Source of the DNA: Octopus bimaculoides
Taxonomy: Eukaryota
Direction: 5' to 3'
Length of the DNA: 64,000 nucleotides
Assembly (NCBI RefSeq): GCF_001194135.2
Contig: NC_068982.1
Location: forward strand, 39,371,991-39,435,990
Shown: in pieces, positions 27,700 to 40,076 of the stretch
How the letters are laid out: every line of letters starts with the position of its first letter
Position numbering within the stretch: the stretch's first letter is position 1
Made by a program: the position numbers and the translations under genes
The notes under the pieces: model-generated
Database searches by the model: none
What the model saw: the letters and a program-made list of their open reading frames with translations, nothing else
What the model was told of the DNA's origin: nothing

Positions 27700-28660
27700 A
27701 TGCATGCGTGGCTGTGTGAGAAGAATCTTGCTTCACAGCAACATTGTTCCGGGTTCAGTCCCACTGTATGGCAACTTGGAAAAGTGTTTTCTACTATATT
27801 CTCGGGCCCACTAAAAACTTGTCAGGGGTGGATTTGGTGGATGGAAACTGAAAAAAGCCCGTCGTATGTATATTATTTTACAGTCGTTGGACTGCAGCCA
27901 TGCTGGAGCACCGCCTTAAAAGGTTTTAGTCGCAGAAATCGCCCCCAGGACCTATTCTTTGTAAGCTTATTCTATCGTCTCTTTTGCCGAACCGCTAAGT
28001 TACTGGGGCGTAAACACACCAATATCGGTTGTCTAGCGATGGTGGGGACACACACAGACACACAAACATAAACATACATAGATCGNNNNNNNNNNNNNNN
28101 NNNNNNNNNNNNNNNNNNNNNNNNNNNNNNNNNNNNNNNNNNNNNNNNNNNNNNNNNNNNNNNNNNNNNNNNNNNNNNNNNNNNNNNNNNNNNNNNNNNN
28201 NNNNNNNNNNNNNNNNNNNNNNNNNNNNNNNNNNNNNNNNNNNNNNNNNNNNNNNNNNNNNATATATATATATATATATATACGATGGGCTTGTGTCAGT
28301 TTCCGTCTACCAAATCCACTCACAAGGCTTTGCTCGACTCGAGGCTATAGCAGAAGATACTTGCCCAAGGTGCCACGTAGTGGGACTGAGCTCGGAACCA
28401 TGCGATTGGGAAGCAAGCTTCTTACCAAACAGCTACATCTGCACCTGTAAATGTGTGTGTGTGTCACCAGTGACAGCCGGTGTTAATATGTTTACGTCCT
28501 CTTAACTTAGAAGCTCGGCGAAAATTGGCCGAGAGAATAAGCGCCAGGCTTAACAAAAAATAAGTCCTGGAGGTCGATCAATTCGGCTAAAAATGCATCA
28601 AAGCAGGGCTCCCGACATGGCTGCAGGCTAGTGACTGAAAAGATAAAAAGATAAAAGACT
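27700..28660. mobile_element. Nested family B SINEs: a minus copy (about 27875-28440) inside a plus copy
   Basis: Order is head(+) 27700-27875, tail(-) 27875-28075, gap, head(-) 28280-28440, tail(+) 28440-28660. Confidence 0.8.
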
Positions 28661-28840
28661 ACTCCCATTTCAAGTTACATTTCTATATGACATTGATTTC
28701 GTATTAACCCACGGGTATACAGTGAATCTCATTTCATGTTACCCCTGCACTGCTCCTAATGCATCCCCACCTCACATTTGTGTTTGCACTAGTGAAAAAA
28801 AATCTGATGCTTACAGCTCGTCTATTGATTATACTGCTAA

Positions 28841-29056
28841 GGCGGTGAGCTGGCAGAAGCGTTAGAACGCTGGGAGAAATGATTAGCGGTATTTTGACTG
28901 TCGTTACGTTCTGAGTTCAAATTCCACCGAGGTCGACTTTACCTTTCATCCTTTTGGGGTCGATAAATTAAGTACCAGTTGCGTACTGGGGTTGATCTAA
29001 TCGACTGGCCCCTCCTCCCCCAAAATTTCGGGCCTTGTGTCTAAAGTAGAAAAGAA
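28841..29056 (+). mobile_element. SINE family A, full length
   Basis: ggcggtgagctggcagaagcgttag...gagttcaaattccaccgaggtcgactttacctttcatcc...gtagaaaaga. Confidence 0.95.
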
Positions 29057-29059
29057 TGA

Positions 29060-29290
29060 TTATACTACTACTGATGATGATGATGATGATGATGATGTTG
29101 CTGCTGTTGCTGCTATTAAAGCTACAAATCCTATTGCTACGATCACCACCACCGCAACTACCATCACTCACTACAATCACCACCACCACAACCACCCCAC
29201 AACTACTACTTCTTAGTAGTAGTAGTAGTAGTAGTATACTACTGCTGTTGCTGCTGCTGCTGCAGCTACTGCTACTACCGTTTCTGCTGT
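29060..29290. repeat. Mixed trinucleotide low-complexity tract (GAT/CTG/CAC/TAG)
   Basis: Seen directly; it explains the poly-L/poly-S ORFs. Confidence 0.9.
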
Positions 29291-31172
29291 TGGGATAAAA
29301 TGAGAGAGCTTCATAATTTGAGGAGGTAATATTAAGTCGTGGGAGGTAAAATGAAATTTCGTTCAAGCTATATCCTGAGATAATTTCGGATCGATTCCAT
29401 TCTATCTTCTGGTTATCAAAACATGATTTCAAGGTATCCGGGGTGGGTGACGAGGTGGAGCAAGGGAAAATCTGAATTTTTTACACCGTAACAAACATCG
29501 CAAGTCATTTTGTTCAACGCTCTAATGATCCTGGAAATCCACCCACCTTTGCGTTTTTTGTTTTAATGTTTTTCCATATTTCCATATTAGTTCTTTGAGA
29601 TCATAAATTGTTAAAATTCGTCATTGTTTGAAGAATTTCCCATTCAAAAAAACAATCGGGTTTATTTGATGTTAATGGCAGTTTTATTATGTTAGCTTCA
29701 CATACGTTAAACACGAAACTTAAAATATTCTGCCGTTATAGTTGTCTTGCAATCCACAATAATTACAAATTCGCTTGTAAATATAGCAAATACAGTTACA
29801 AGTAAAACAAACTACACACGACCAAATCATGAGCCTTTTGTCGCTACCAGAATACAACCAAAAGAGTAGTCAAATCTCTCACAATTAGATCATACCTTTG
29901 CAAAAAGAAAAACAAAAGAGAAAAATGTATTATCTGGTGTATAATGAAGCAAAAAATCCTAAGAATCTTTACAGAGAAACCCAATTATAAAGTAATACCT
30001 AGAATCAAATATTTCTTTGTCATTAATGGACATGAGACTTCAGACCGCAAAATAACCTCTAGTAACTAATGAATTTATTTTTTTGTGAGGTAAACATAAA
30101 ACTTGTGGACTTCATTCTTCTAACGGGTATACAGGAGACACAAAGAATGGATTCTCCGTCACATTAATTGATGAACATTGAGTTAACTTGATAAATTAAA
30201 ATAGATGTGGCTAATTTTTCCATAGGAACGTGTCGCTTTAACGTAATTCCTAATAAAAATCAGTATGTACAATACATAATAAGGTTAGGGTTTTGAATTA
30301 AAGATTTGAATTCCAGATTTTTCACAGTAATATGGTATAGGAAAAGATGAGGTAACAGTGTGAATATTGGAATTGGATCTGATCCTTGGTTTTCTTAGTC
30401 GGGATCTAAGGGTTAAACAATCACAAGTAGTCACTGGAACGCATTATATCATATAACAGAACAAAAGTAGCTAACGAGGGAATGTTATATCTAATAGGAA
30501 TTCCAGCTCCCACCAATCCGTTCTCTGTTGCTTTGAATTAAGTGCATAAATCATAGTTTGTAGTAAGCCATCACCGGCAAAACAATGTAATATTAATAAT
30601 ACGATGTCGGGATGTTTACGACGTGGATGTTTTGGGCATAGGTTTCCCCGATCTCGATAAGCAATAAACTAGATATAAAAATCAATAGTTTATACCACAG
30701 TTAACGTATATAGAGTATTTCACCCAAAACCTATAAAAATAAGTAGATTAATAATATAGTGCATAATGCAACACACAGAGAGATCTTCCAAATCAGTAAT
30801 AATACAAAACAAAACACCAAAAATATTCTGATTATTGAAGGAAACATAACGCCATTGTTCAGGAAAAATTAACGTCCAGCGATAACGAAAGAAGAAAGAA
30901 AAAGACAAAACAGCGTTACCATATTTCTGACCTACAATAAAACGACAGTAAGAAAAATAATTTCATCTGGTACATAAATCAGGCAAAATTTTAAAATGTT
31001 GATGGGTCTAGAATATTTATTGTTCTATTGCTCAAAAAGAAACATAAATGATATAGAAAGATATATGAAAAATCATTAATAAAAACGCATGAAGCTGGAA
31101 TATTGTAATACTTTCACTAATACAAGAATACATTAACACATGCACGCATTCACGCACACACGCACACTCACT

Positions 31173-31204
<32 letters not shown>

Positions 31205-31576
31205 CGCACACAAACAAACAAACAAACAAAGCACATACTGGCACTATGTAAGTACACTTCCAAAAATACACTTATTTGGAATACATATACACACATACGT
31301 AAATACATGTGTGCGTTGGTGTGTCTGTGCATGAGTGTTTATCGTGATATATACATTTTGGCTAAAACTTTTATATACGTTTAGTAAATATTCATTTAAC
31401 CCTACTTAAAACAAATCCAGTGAATGAAACGGATTAAATCACAAGATTTTTAACGAACAATAGAAGAATAAATCATCTAGATTTTCCTGGTCATTACCGA
31501 CTCATCGATGTATGTGTACACATATGATTGAATAAAAATATAAAGTCACAATGACCCGAGAGGGGCAAGATTAGTG

Positions 31577-31610
31577 CTTAATATTTCGGACGCTAATACT
31601 TCATCAGAAA
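31577..31610 (-). ncRNA. Degenerate minimal type I hammerhead motif
   Basis: ttt-CTGATGA-agtattagcgtcc-GAAA-tat-T-aag. The ATAT stem III could be a CpG-decayed ACGT. Stem II is poor. Confidence 0.4.
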
Positions 31611-31936
31611 AAAGAAACGGAAAGAAAGATAACAGGTAGTTGTAAGAAGAAAAAAATGGGGGAGGTTAAGTTGAAATGCGATTCTGTGGAATGTAAGGAA
31701 GAGCGAAAGAAGCAGGCTGGTGTGTGCATGTACAGAAGAATATTCGTTTAATAAGATAGGCATAGGGAAATGTGAGCCGTGTGGAGTGCAGGTGGTTTGT
31801 AAGGATATGTGGAGATGTGCAAGCAGTGTGTAATGCAGGTGATTCCTTGGGGTGCTTGGAAGTGTGCAAGAGTGTGATGGTGGGGTGGGAAGGAAGGTGA
31901 AAATGTACGAATGTGCTATAGGAGGAAGTGAGTGTT

Positions 31937-31985
<49 letters not shown>

Positions 31986-32310
31986 AGCTATGGAGTAAAC
32001 AATGTAGATAGTGAGGAAAAGATGATATAATAAAGTATACGGTACAAGGTCAGAAGAAAAGTGTGGGTAAAGTGTGTAAAAAACGTATAAGATTCAAGAG
32101 TTTGTGTATAATATCCAAAGAAAATGCAGTTAAACGTGAGAAAAGAAAACACGTAAATTTGAAAGAATATTAAAAAAAAGAAAAATAGAAATGTTGTTGT
32201 ATTTGGGGATGGTCATATTGCCAGTTTAGCCAATAAAAACACACGCACTGTATATTTGGTGTTAATTTGCTTCAGCTTTATATTACATTACATTACAGTA
32301 ATCCTATTTC

Positions 32311-32355
32311 AGCCAGAGTTCTTTCGTAACACTTCTGTTACCTCATCAGTGGTCC
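32311..32355 (-). ncRNA. Minimal type I hammerhead ribozyme motif in a probable Penelope pseudo-LTR repeat
   Basis: gacca-CTGATGA-g-gtaaca(gaag)tgttac-GAAA-gaac-TC-tggct. Intact core, 6-bp stem II, 3-bp stem I, CUC triplet. Confidence 0.6.
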
Positions 32356-33198
32356 TTTGCTTTCTTCTTTCTTATGTGTGTCCCACCTTGCTAACTATCA
32401 GCCATTTTGTATTTTATATTCCTATTTTATGTGTCTTAGAAAGGATTTTGAAAAATAATTGTTTAAAAGTATTGTTAACAATAGTCACGCAGGTGGAGAG
32501 TATTCCGGTGCTGAAAGGGTAGGTAATAATAACAGTAAAGAAATTCAATAGTTGCGGTGAAACAAAAAGATGTATTTAAGGAACCCTAAGTAAGGTACTA
32601 CAATAGTGATTCCAGAGATGAGCTGGGCGCAGGGAAATGTATAGAAGAGGGGATGTTCCTGTTGCTTCAATGCACACACACACACCACACATCACACACA
32701 CGCCCCCCCACACACATCTTTAATCTTTTACTTGTTTCACTCATTGGACGGTGCTGGGGCACCGCCTTAAATGGTTTTTTACATGTTATTTTAAACATTA
32801 GATATTTGTTCTATAAATCACCTTTGTCTAACCTTTATATTACGGAGATTTAAACAAACGCACGCCGGTTGGTCAGTGCGGGGTTGTAGTAGAAGGCACT
32901 TGCCAAAGATGCCAGGCAGTGGGACTGAATCTAGGAATCATGTGGGTGGGAAACAACTTTTTGTCTAGACTCGAGTTTCATGTAATTGCAGTCTTCTAAC
33001 AAGTTCTTTAAGTTCTAGTGAAGTGATACACTATACAGTATAATTTGAGCAGTGTCTTCTCATTTTTGAGAAACTAATATTTGAAAGTTTCTATCTATCT
33101 ATCTATCTATCTATCTCTATTTATTTCATATCTATGTATGTGTGTGCATATATATAGTTACATTCACATATACACACGTATATATAAATATATATATG

Positions 33199-33263
<65 letters not shown>

Positions 33264-33875
33264 GTGTGCGTGTGTGCGTGTGTGTGTGTGTGCATGCGTG
33301 CGTGCGTGTGTGTGTGTACGCGAGCAAGCGTAAATAAATACATTACAGTCCAATATAAATGAAACTACAAAATGAACGTTAATCGAGTTAGATATTTAAT
33401 AATGTCTTCTGTTCTCACCTAACAAAACATTGTTTGTTTTCGTTTTTGTGTTTTGTTTGTCTTGCCTATGTATTTTCTAAAACAAGCTGAAATATTCATG
33501 AAGTGTCACATGAGTATATGTCCACAAAATTCATTCTATTAAGAATTCAAGGAACGTAGGAAACTGAATTTTTTTCTTCATAGAATACATTGTAAACTCT
33601 CAGGTAGTTAACTGAATTACAAGTCTATCATCTCATACTTAAAAGTAACATAGCGTTCTCTTTTCTCACACTTTCAGCCTACTCGCCTGTTTTGTTAGTT
33701 AATGTTTTGCTTAGCCCCAGGATATTACTGACTGAGGAGACATAGGATTAAATGCTAGTTAAGGTTATCTCTACAGATTTTCTATAGAAATTATAGCCAG
33801 CTCTGATTTTGTTACAACGTTTTGTATCCGAGACGCTTGGTGTAAACAACAACGGGATCGAAAATGTAAAATAGG

Positions 33876-33931
33876 TAATGGGCGTACATGATAAATTTCA
33901 GGAGTCTTTGCCCCTTCATCAGCACCCATCA
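33876..33931 (-). ncRNA. Type I hammerhead ribozyme
   Basis: tgatgggtg-CTGATGA-agggg(caaaga)ctcct-GAAA-tttatcatg-TA-cgcccatta. Intact core, 9-bp stem I (2 G.U), 5-bp stem II (1 G.U), GUA triplet, weak stem III. Predicted cut between 33885 and 33884. Confidence 0.72.
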
Positions 33932-34359
33932 AACCCATTAATCATCCATGAACTCATTGGTTAAATAGTCCCTAAATATAACCAATTTACATATCAAATC
34001 CATTCCTGGTACGTAAATATCAATGACATATAGGGACACTGTATTTCGTTATGCAACCATAATATTATGGTTTCATTACAAAATACGGTTTCCCTACACA
34101 TCATTAGGATTAAATACGTTCCAACCGCAACTAATCGATCTCTTCTATTTTAAGACAATCCCTCGATGACTTCTTTATAGTGAATTCTATAGTCTAAGTA
34201 CCAGTCTTGTGATGGAAACTATGATCAAATGTATTTTGCCTTTGACCATCTCGTCTTTGTTCCAGGCTAAGTATATGCACAATCAAAATATTTAGCATGT
34301 CCTTCTTTCCTAAGAACACTAAGTGTGATTTGTAGGATATTCAGCTAATATTTCTAGTC

Positions 34360-34680
34360 GAGGGAGAAGACCCCATTGGGGATTTCACTTAGAAAGGTGC
34401 CCTCTGAGGCACAAGTGCGAATAAAGTTGTTTATGGAAGACCAGCAGTCGCCCATGCATACCAGCCTCCCCTCTCCACACCACCGATGTTATCGAAGGGA
34501 AAAGCAAACGCCGGTAACGATATGCACCAGTGTCGTCGCAATTCATTTCTGTAGTGAACTAGAGCAACATAAAATAAAGTGTCTTGCTCAAGAACGCAAC
34601 ACACAGCCCGGTCCGTGAATCGAACTCACTATCTCGTGATTGTGAGCCCGACGCTGTAACCACTGAGCCATGCACCTTCT
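34360..34680 (-). mobile_element. tRNA-derived SINE family C
   Basis: Reverse complement ggtgcaTGGCTCAGTGGttacagcgtcgggctcacaatcacgagatagtGAGTTCGATTCacgg (A and B boxes), then ttcttgagcaagacacttt. Confidence 0.9.
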
Positions 34681-35099
34681 AGGAGATACAGCGCTAATAT
34701 TGAAGTCCTCTCATTCGATAGTATAACACTTTAGTTTTTACGCATGATAATTATGTTAATTCTTTAATTATATACACTCGAAATATATTATAACATTGAA
34801 GTTATAGTGCCATTGGAGTGGTGGATAGAATGCCTTGCAGTATTATACTGAATCTTATCTCTAAGTTCAAATACTACTGGGGTCAAATCTCCCTCTCATC
34901 CATTCAAAGGCGATAAATAAATTAACCGTCAAGGTCAACAGATTGATCGAGCTGTGAGAGCGTGAGATTAGGGACTTGCAATATCTTGTACCGGCCTTTG
35001 GCATATTCGTTTCATATATTTTGCCGTTGGCTAGAATCCAATCAATTATGAGGGTTGTTTTGTGCACAGGTATCGCGCTCAATGCCAAACAAACAACTC

Positions 35100-35620
35100 A
35101 CAAATGAACTAAAAAATAAACAAATGATCATGAGAGAAGATTGCGGGGTTTTTTGTGTTGACCCGATTGATATAAGACGCTGATAATATCGGTTTTTGAA
35201 TGTGTTTGCAGTAACTCTTATATAATTCTTTTCAATATCGCCTGTATATACTCTATATATCACTGCAGAAATATTGACCAAAGCAACAAAATAATACAAC
35301 TGTGTCAATGCTTAGAGAATGCATTAGACAGTTAGGTGTGGTAAATTCAAATATTTTCCAGATCGTAGGCTCTGGCGCACAGAGAAGTCATTTGCTCTGG
35401 TATGACATATACCTTGCCTGGTACTAAACAACTGCCTTTGTCTTCAAAGATTTAGGAGGTGTAATTATACGTTGTGCACAGGATGTTGTTATCGGCATTA
35501 TCTTTGCTTTTCCCCAAGCATCTGCACAATTTTGAAAGCATATTAATCGATAGTTTTAACACAAATATGTTAAAGATATTCTACACCATAAACAATCTGA
35601 AAAATTTTATGCATACATTT
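35100..35620 (-). pseudogene. Penelope-like C-terminal region with a GIY-YIG endonuclease relic
   Basis: SAVIYRVYTGDIEKNYIRVTANTFKNRYYQR fits the PLE pattern VIY...K.YIG.T.N.FK.RY..H. Upstream KFFRL..IFN..LKLS...NNIL fits the preceding PLE segment. Confidence 0.6.
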
Positions 35621-37203
35621 AACTACTTATGGTAGCAATTCGTTGCGCTATTACCTGTGAGTTGTTCACTCACTATATAATAAATCTTCACATAAATCTT
35701 ACACAACTGCATATGCTGGATGAAATGCAATAAAGCAAACACAATTAACACTTTATGATTTTATACCAACTCGAATGAAAATGGAAAATAAAGACAATGA
35801 ATCTATAGGTGAACGACATATAATATTGTTATATAAGATCGTTAGATAATAGAAGTTAAGCTCTACCGAGCTTCTGATATCTAAGCCAGTTTCGAATTGA
35901 ACGTCAGAAAGTATATTTTCTGTTTTATTTTATATAAATGTTTCGAACCAATTTAGAAAGACTTGTTTTTTGACACAAACAAGTCAAAATCGAAATATCG
36001 AAAGATAAATATCAAAATTAAAAACACACTTGTAACAAATTTGTGATCGTGAATATTTTTCACAGATTTGATGATATTGTAATCTGAATTTAGAATGTGT
36101 ATTTCTTATATTTATTCAGAATTTAGATTAGTTTGACTAACAATTTTTTTTTGCATTGGCAAATTGATAAAGAGAAATAATGTAATTCTCGAATATGTGA
36201 TGTTTACATTTTTTATCGTTAAAATAATTATAAATATTTACGAATTGAATTTTCAATTTTTTCTTGGAGATATATTTCATATACTAAAACAGTTTTGTTC
36301 TATACGCTATTAAGCAGTTTCTCTGCCGGTTATCATCTGCATCTTATATTTATACGCATTTACACACGAGCGCACGCACGCACGCACACACACATACAAA
36401 CACACACACACACACTCACACTCACACACACACGTATGCATACATATATGTGTGTATATATGTATGTATATATATATATATATATATATATNNNNNNNNN
36501 NNNNNNNNNNNNNNNNNNNNNNNNNNNNNNNNNNNNNNNNNNNNNNNNNNNNNNNNNNNNGAGAGAGAGAGTGAGAGAGAGAGTGAGAGAGAGAGTGGGA
36601 GAGATATGCATATGTATTTATATGCCTATGGATTTGGTTAAAAAGAGACGATGAGCGATGGCTAGAGAAATATTGAGCTTTGTTTTAATAGTCAGTTGAT
36701 CTAGCAAGCGGGGCCTCATATCAGTGCGCATTGATGCCGTCGAGAGGTAGGCCCCGAAACGGCGCGCATTCTCTCCTGATGACCCCATACACTTGCTGGC
36801 TTCCGGTATGCGGAGTTCTTGACTGGTAACACTTGCATGTGCAAGTTGTTTGCAAGACACACATATATATATATATATGCATATATATATATTTTATTCT
36901 TCTACTTGTTCCAGTCATTAGACTGCGGCCATGCTGGTGTACCATATATATAGATATACTTTGGGAAGTGACTTTACCAGGTTCATGTCACATTTCCAAT
37001 TGTTTTAAAGGTAGACTTTTGATAGACTTTAGAACGGTAGAAAGGGCTTGCACTTGGATTTTTCTTGGTGGTTAATTCATATAACAGTACTTTATGAGTA
37101 AATTTCTTTATTTCATTTGAGCCATCATAACAGGTGTTTCATCAGTGGTTGATTCTATACTTCTGTGCTGCAGGTTATTCGTTGAACAGCATATTATGTA
37201 TAC

Positions 37204-37272
<69 letters not shown>

Positions 37273-37597
37273 CACACACATATTTTGTATAATTCGGATA
37301 AAAACCTCGTAACGTGCATTTAAGTGCTGTTATGTCCCTATTTAGTTACCACATGATATCCTTCAGTCGGGTATGTTCCTGTGTTGGATACACATGCGGA
37401 ACACCTTGCATTAAACTAATACAAGAAAAATATAACACAAGAATGGAGGATATCAGGCTTCATCGGGTGGATTACGAGTAATTCCTGTTGTTTTTTTGTT
37501 TTTGTCTTTGAATACTCTCGGTATATGATGTACATTTCTTTCAACCAATCAAATTATCAGATTCCAGGGGAAGCAAGCATAAACATATACATATACA

Positions 37598-37633
37598 GGG
37601 TTAGGGTTAGGGTTTGAGTTAGGGTTAGGTTTA
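37598..37633 (+). repeat. Short interstitial telomere-like (TTAGGG)n tract
   Basis: gggttagggttagggtttgagttagggttaggttt. Confidence 0.8.
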
Positions 37634-38562
37634 CCCTGTGGATCTGTATAAAAACCGGGGGGGGGGGGAAGGTTCAGATTACATATAGTCCATCTGGACC
37701 ATATTACTAGNNNNNNNNNNTTTTTTTTCAGAATCGGAATTTCCATAGCCTAAAACGTGGGATTCCGTAAAAAAATAATAATAATAAAGCAAGGGGGGGG
37801 GGAAGGTTCAGATTACATATAGTCCATCTGGACCATATTACTAGAATACCACTACCAGCAATAACAATAACAAGACAAGACCACCTTCGAGGTGCTCATA
37901 AGTATTAATAAAGAAGGAGACATATATAGCAAATTTAATCTTATTTGAGTGATGATAGTAGTTAAAAAATAAATAAATAAATAAATAAGAAACTGAAAGC
38001 GAGTTTTACCAAGTAGTGGTTATATATTTGCCAAATAGTTTGTTATATATTTCTTCTTTATTAATACTATGAGCACTTTGAATGCCGCCTTATTTCTCTA
38101 ATATATATGTCCACACACACACACATATATAAAATATATACAGCTTTTAGTTTGGAATAAAGAGAGGTTACTCAGCAGGATGAAAGGGGCATTATGAACA
38201 CTTGCTACAGTAGCTTGTATATCCAGTATTAGATATTTGTAAAGTTAATGTTTATATTTTAAGTTTTAGTGATTAGATATTTCGTGACAGTATTTCGTAT
38301 ATCTCTAACTGAATTTACCTTCAGGACGTAATTGTACATCCCAGTGTGCACCATTAGAGACAATCAAAACGATCAATAATCAGCTGTTCTATTGATTTCT
38401 TATGAGCTCAAGTCCTGCGTAGGTACACACTGCAATATACGCCTACAATAGATTTCTGTTACTAGGGGATGGGGCAGTCATTAATCTAAGACATGTCTTT
38501 GAAAGGAAAAAAAAGGTTGATACAATTATTACAATTCGTTGTGTCCGGGTCGTCATGTTGTA

Positions 38563-38747
38563 TATTGGTTTCAAATTTCAACTTTTGATATAAGGCCAGT
38601 AATTGAGAGGGGAGGAGTAAGTCGATTACATAGACCTGGGTGCTTGACGAGTACTTATTTTAACAAATTCTGCGGAAATTGAATTCAGAACGTAAAGGCG
38701 AATGAAAGACCGCTAAGCATTTCGTCCGGTTCTGCCAGCTCGCCGCC
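38563..38747 (-). mobile_element. SINE family A with internal deletions
   Basis: Ends ...ttctgccagctcgccgcc, the reverse complement of the head. Confidence 0.9.
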
Positions 38748-39842
38748 TTAACTCACGCTATATATTAGGAACAGTTACAGTTACATGAGTCACCAATGGA
38801 GTATCAGATAGATAGAGTTACAAAGCTTAATAAGTTATTATCTATCATAGCTTCTAATTGACTTATGTTCACTTGTAAGTTGAATCTGAGTGTATGGCAC
38901 TTTGAATCAATTTGTTTTATCATAGCCTTGTGGCAACCAATTTATTTGGACATAAAAATTGGCGGATCAAAATATGCGGAAGTCCTTTGAATGAACAAGC
39001 TTCACTGAAACCGACGACGTTCTGCTGTTTGTTATATTTAACGACACATGTTTCTACATAATTATGCCTTCATTTCCTCAGGTTTCTTGTCATGAGTCCC
39101 CACCAACAACTTAGACAATCAGCCAACCGCAGTACCTTTGTGTATTTTACTGTCGTGTTTATATAGAAAGAAAAAAAGGTGTCAATAATTTGGTTTTACG
39201 CTGCTGTCCTAATTATAAACAAATAATTAGCTTATATTAATTAGCTTTTATTATTTATTCTATTTTATGCTATATTAACCAAATTAAGAAATCAGGTCAT
39301 ATTTATAATTGTAGGGTGTGGCTTGATATATTGCTCGGAAAATGATTAAATTTTAAATCGATGGTTTCACATTCAGCGTATATTAGATTTTAATACTTTG
39401 CTACTCAGACAAAAGAAGGGCCGGACGGGTGTCATTGATCGTCATGCTAAATGTAGTAGATGACTCTGAGAAAAGAGTATACTTAAAATGTCGTTTGTTA
39501 ATTACTATTTTGAAGAATCTTTTGCTCTAACCTCAAGGAAACACAATTATATGGTATTAAAAGAGAAAATACCAATATGTATATCATTAAAAAGCATCGT
39601 CTGTTGTCTGCAAAGTCAATGAGGCTCATTTTCAAACTGTATACACGCGCATGAAATGAAAGTGATGCCATTCGTTTGTATAGAACGATTTACTTGTGTT
39701 TGGGGATCTTTTTTACTCGTAAACTAAAATTTCTAATAACTGAAACAGTCGCTTAATTAGACGAAAGTGTTTTTGCTGTGATATCTCCTAATTAAACAGA
39801 ATTTCTTACATGCATGCTTGCATACATACACACATACATACA

Positions 39843-39977
<135 letters not shown>

Positions 39978-40040
39978 CACAACTCAAAGGATAACTTTTT
40001 TATAGTTACTTAGGTGCTGAATGAACGATGTAAAGAAAAT

Positions 40041-40076
40041 TCTAACGTTTCGGGTTTATAATTCCTTCAACAGATG
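40041..40076 (-). ncRNA. Mutated minimal hammerhead remnant
   Basis: CTGTTGA-aggaattataaaccc-GAAA-cgt-T. The core A6 is changed to U. Confidence 0.35.

Noticed and set aside
34590-34680. tRNA gene
   Set aside because: The A and B boxes continue into a SINE body; no acceptor stem.
35042-35308. Host exon 35262-35102 (good acceptor and gtgagt donor) with a hydrophobic tail
   Set aside because: The translation is better explained as a Penelope GIY-YIG relic.
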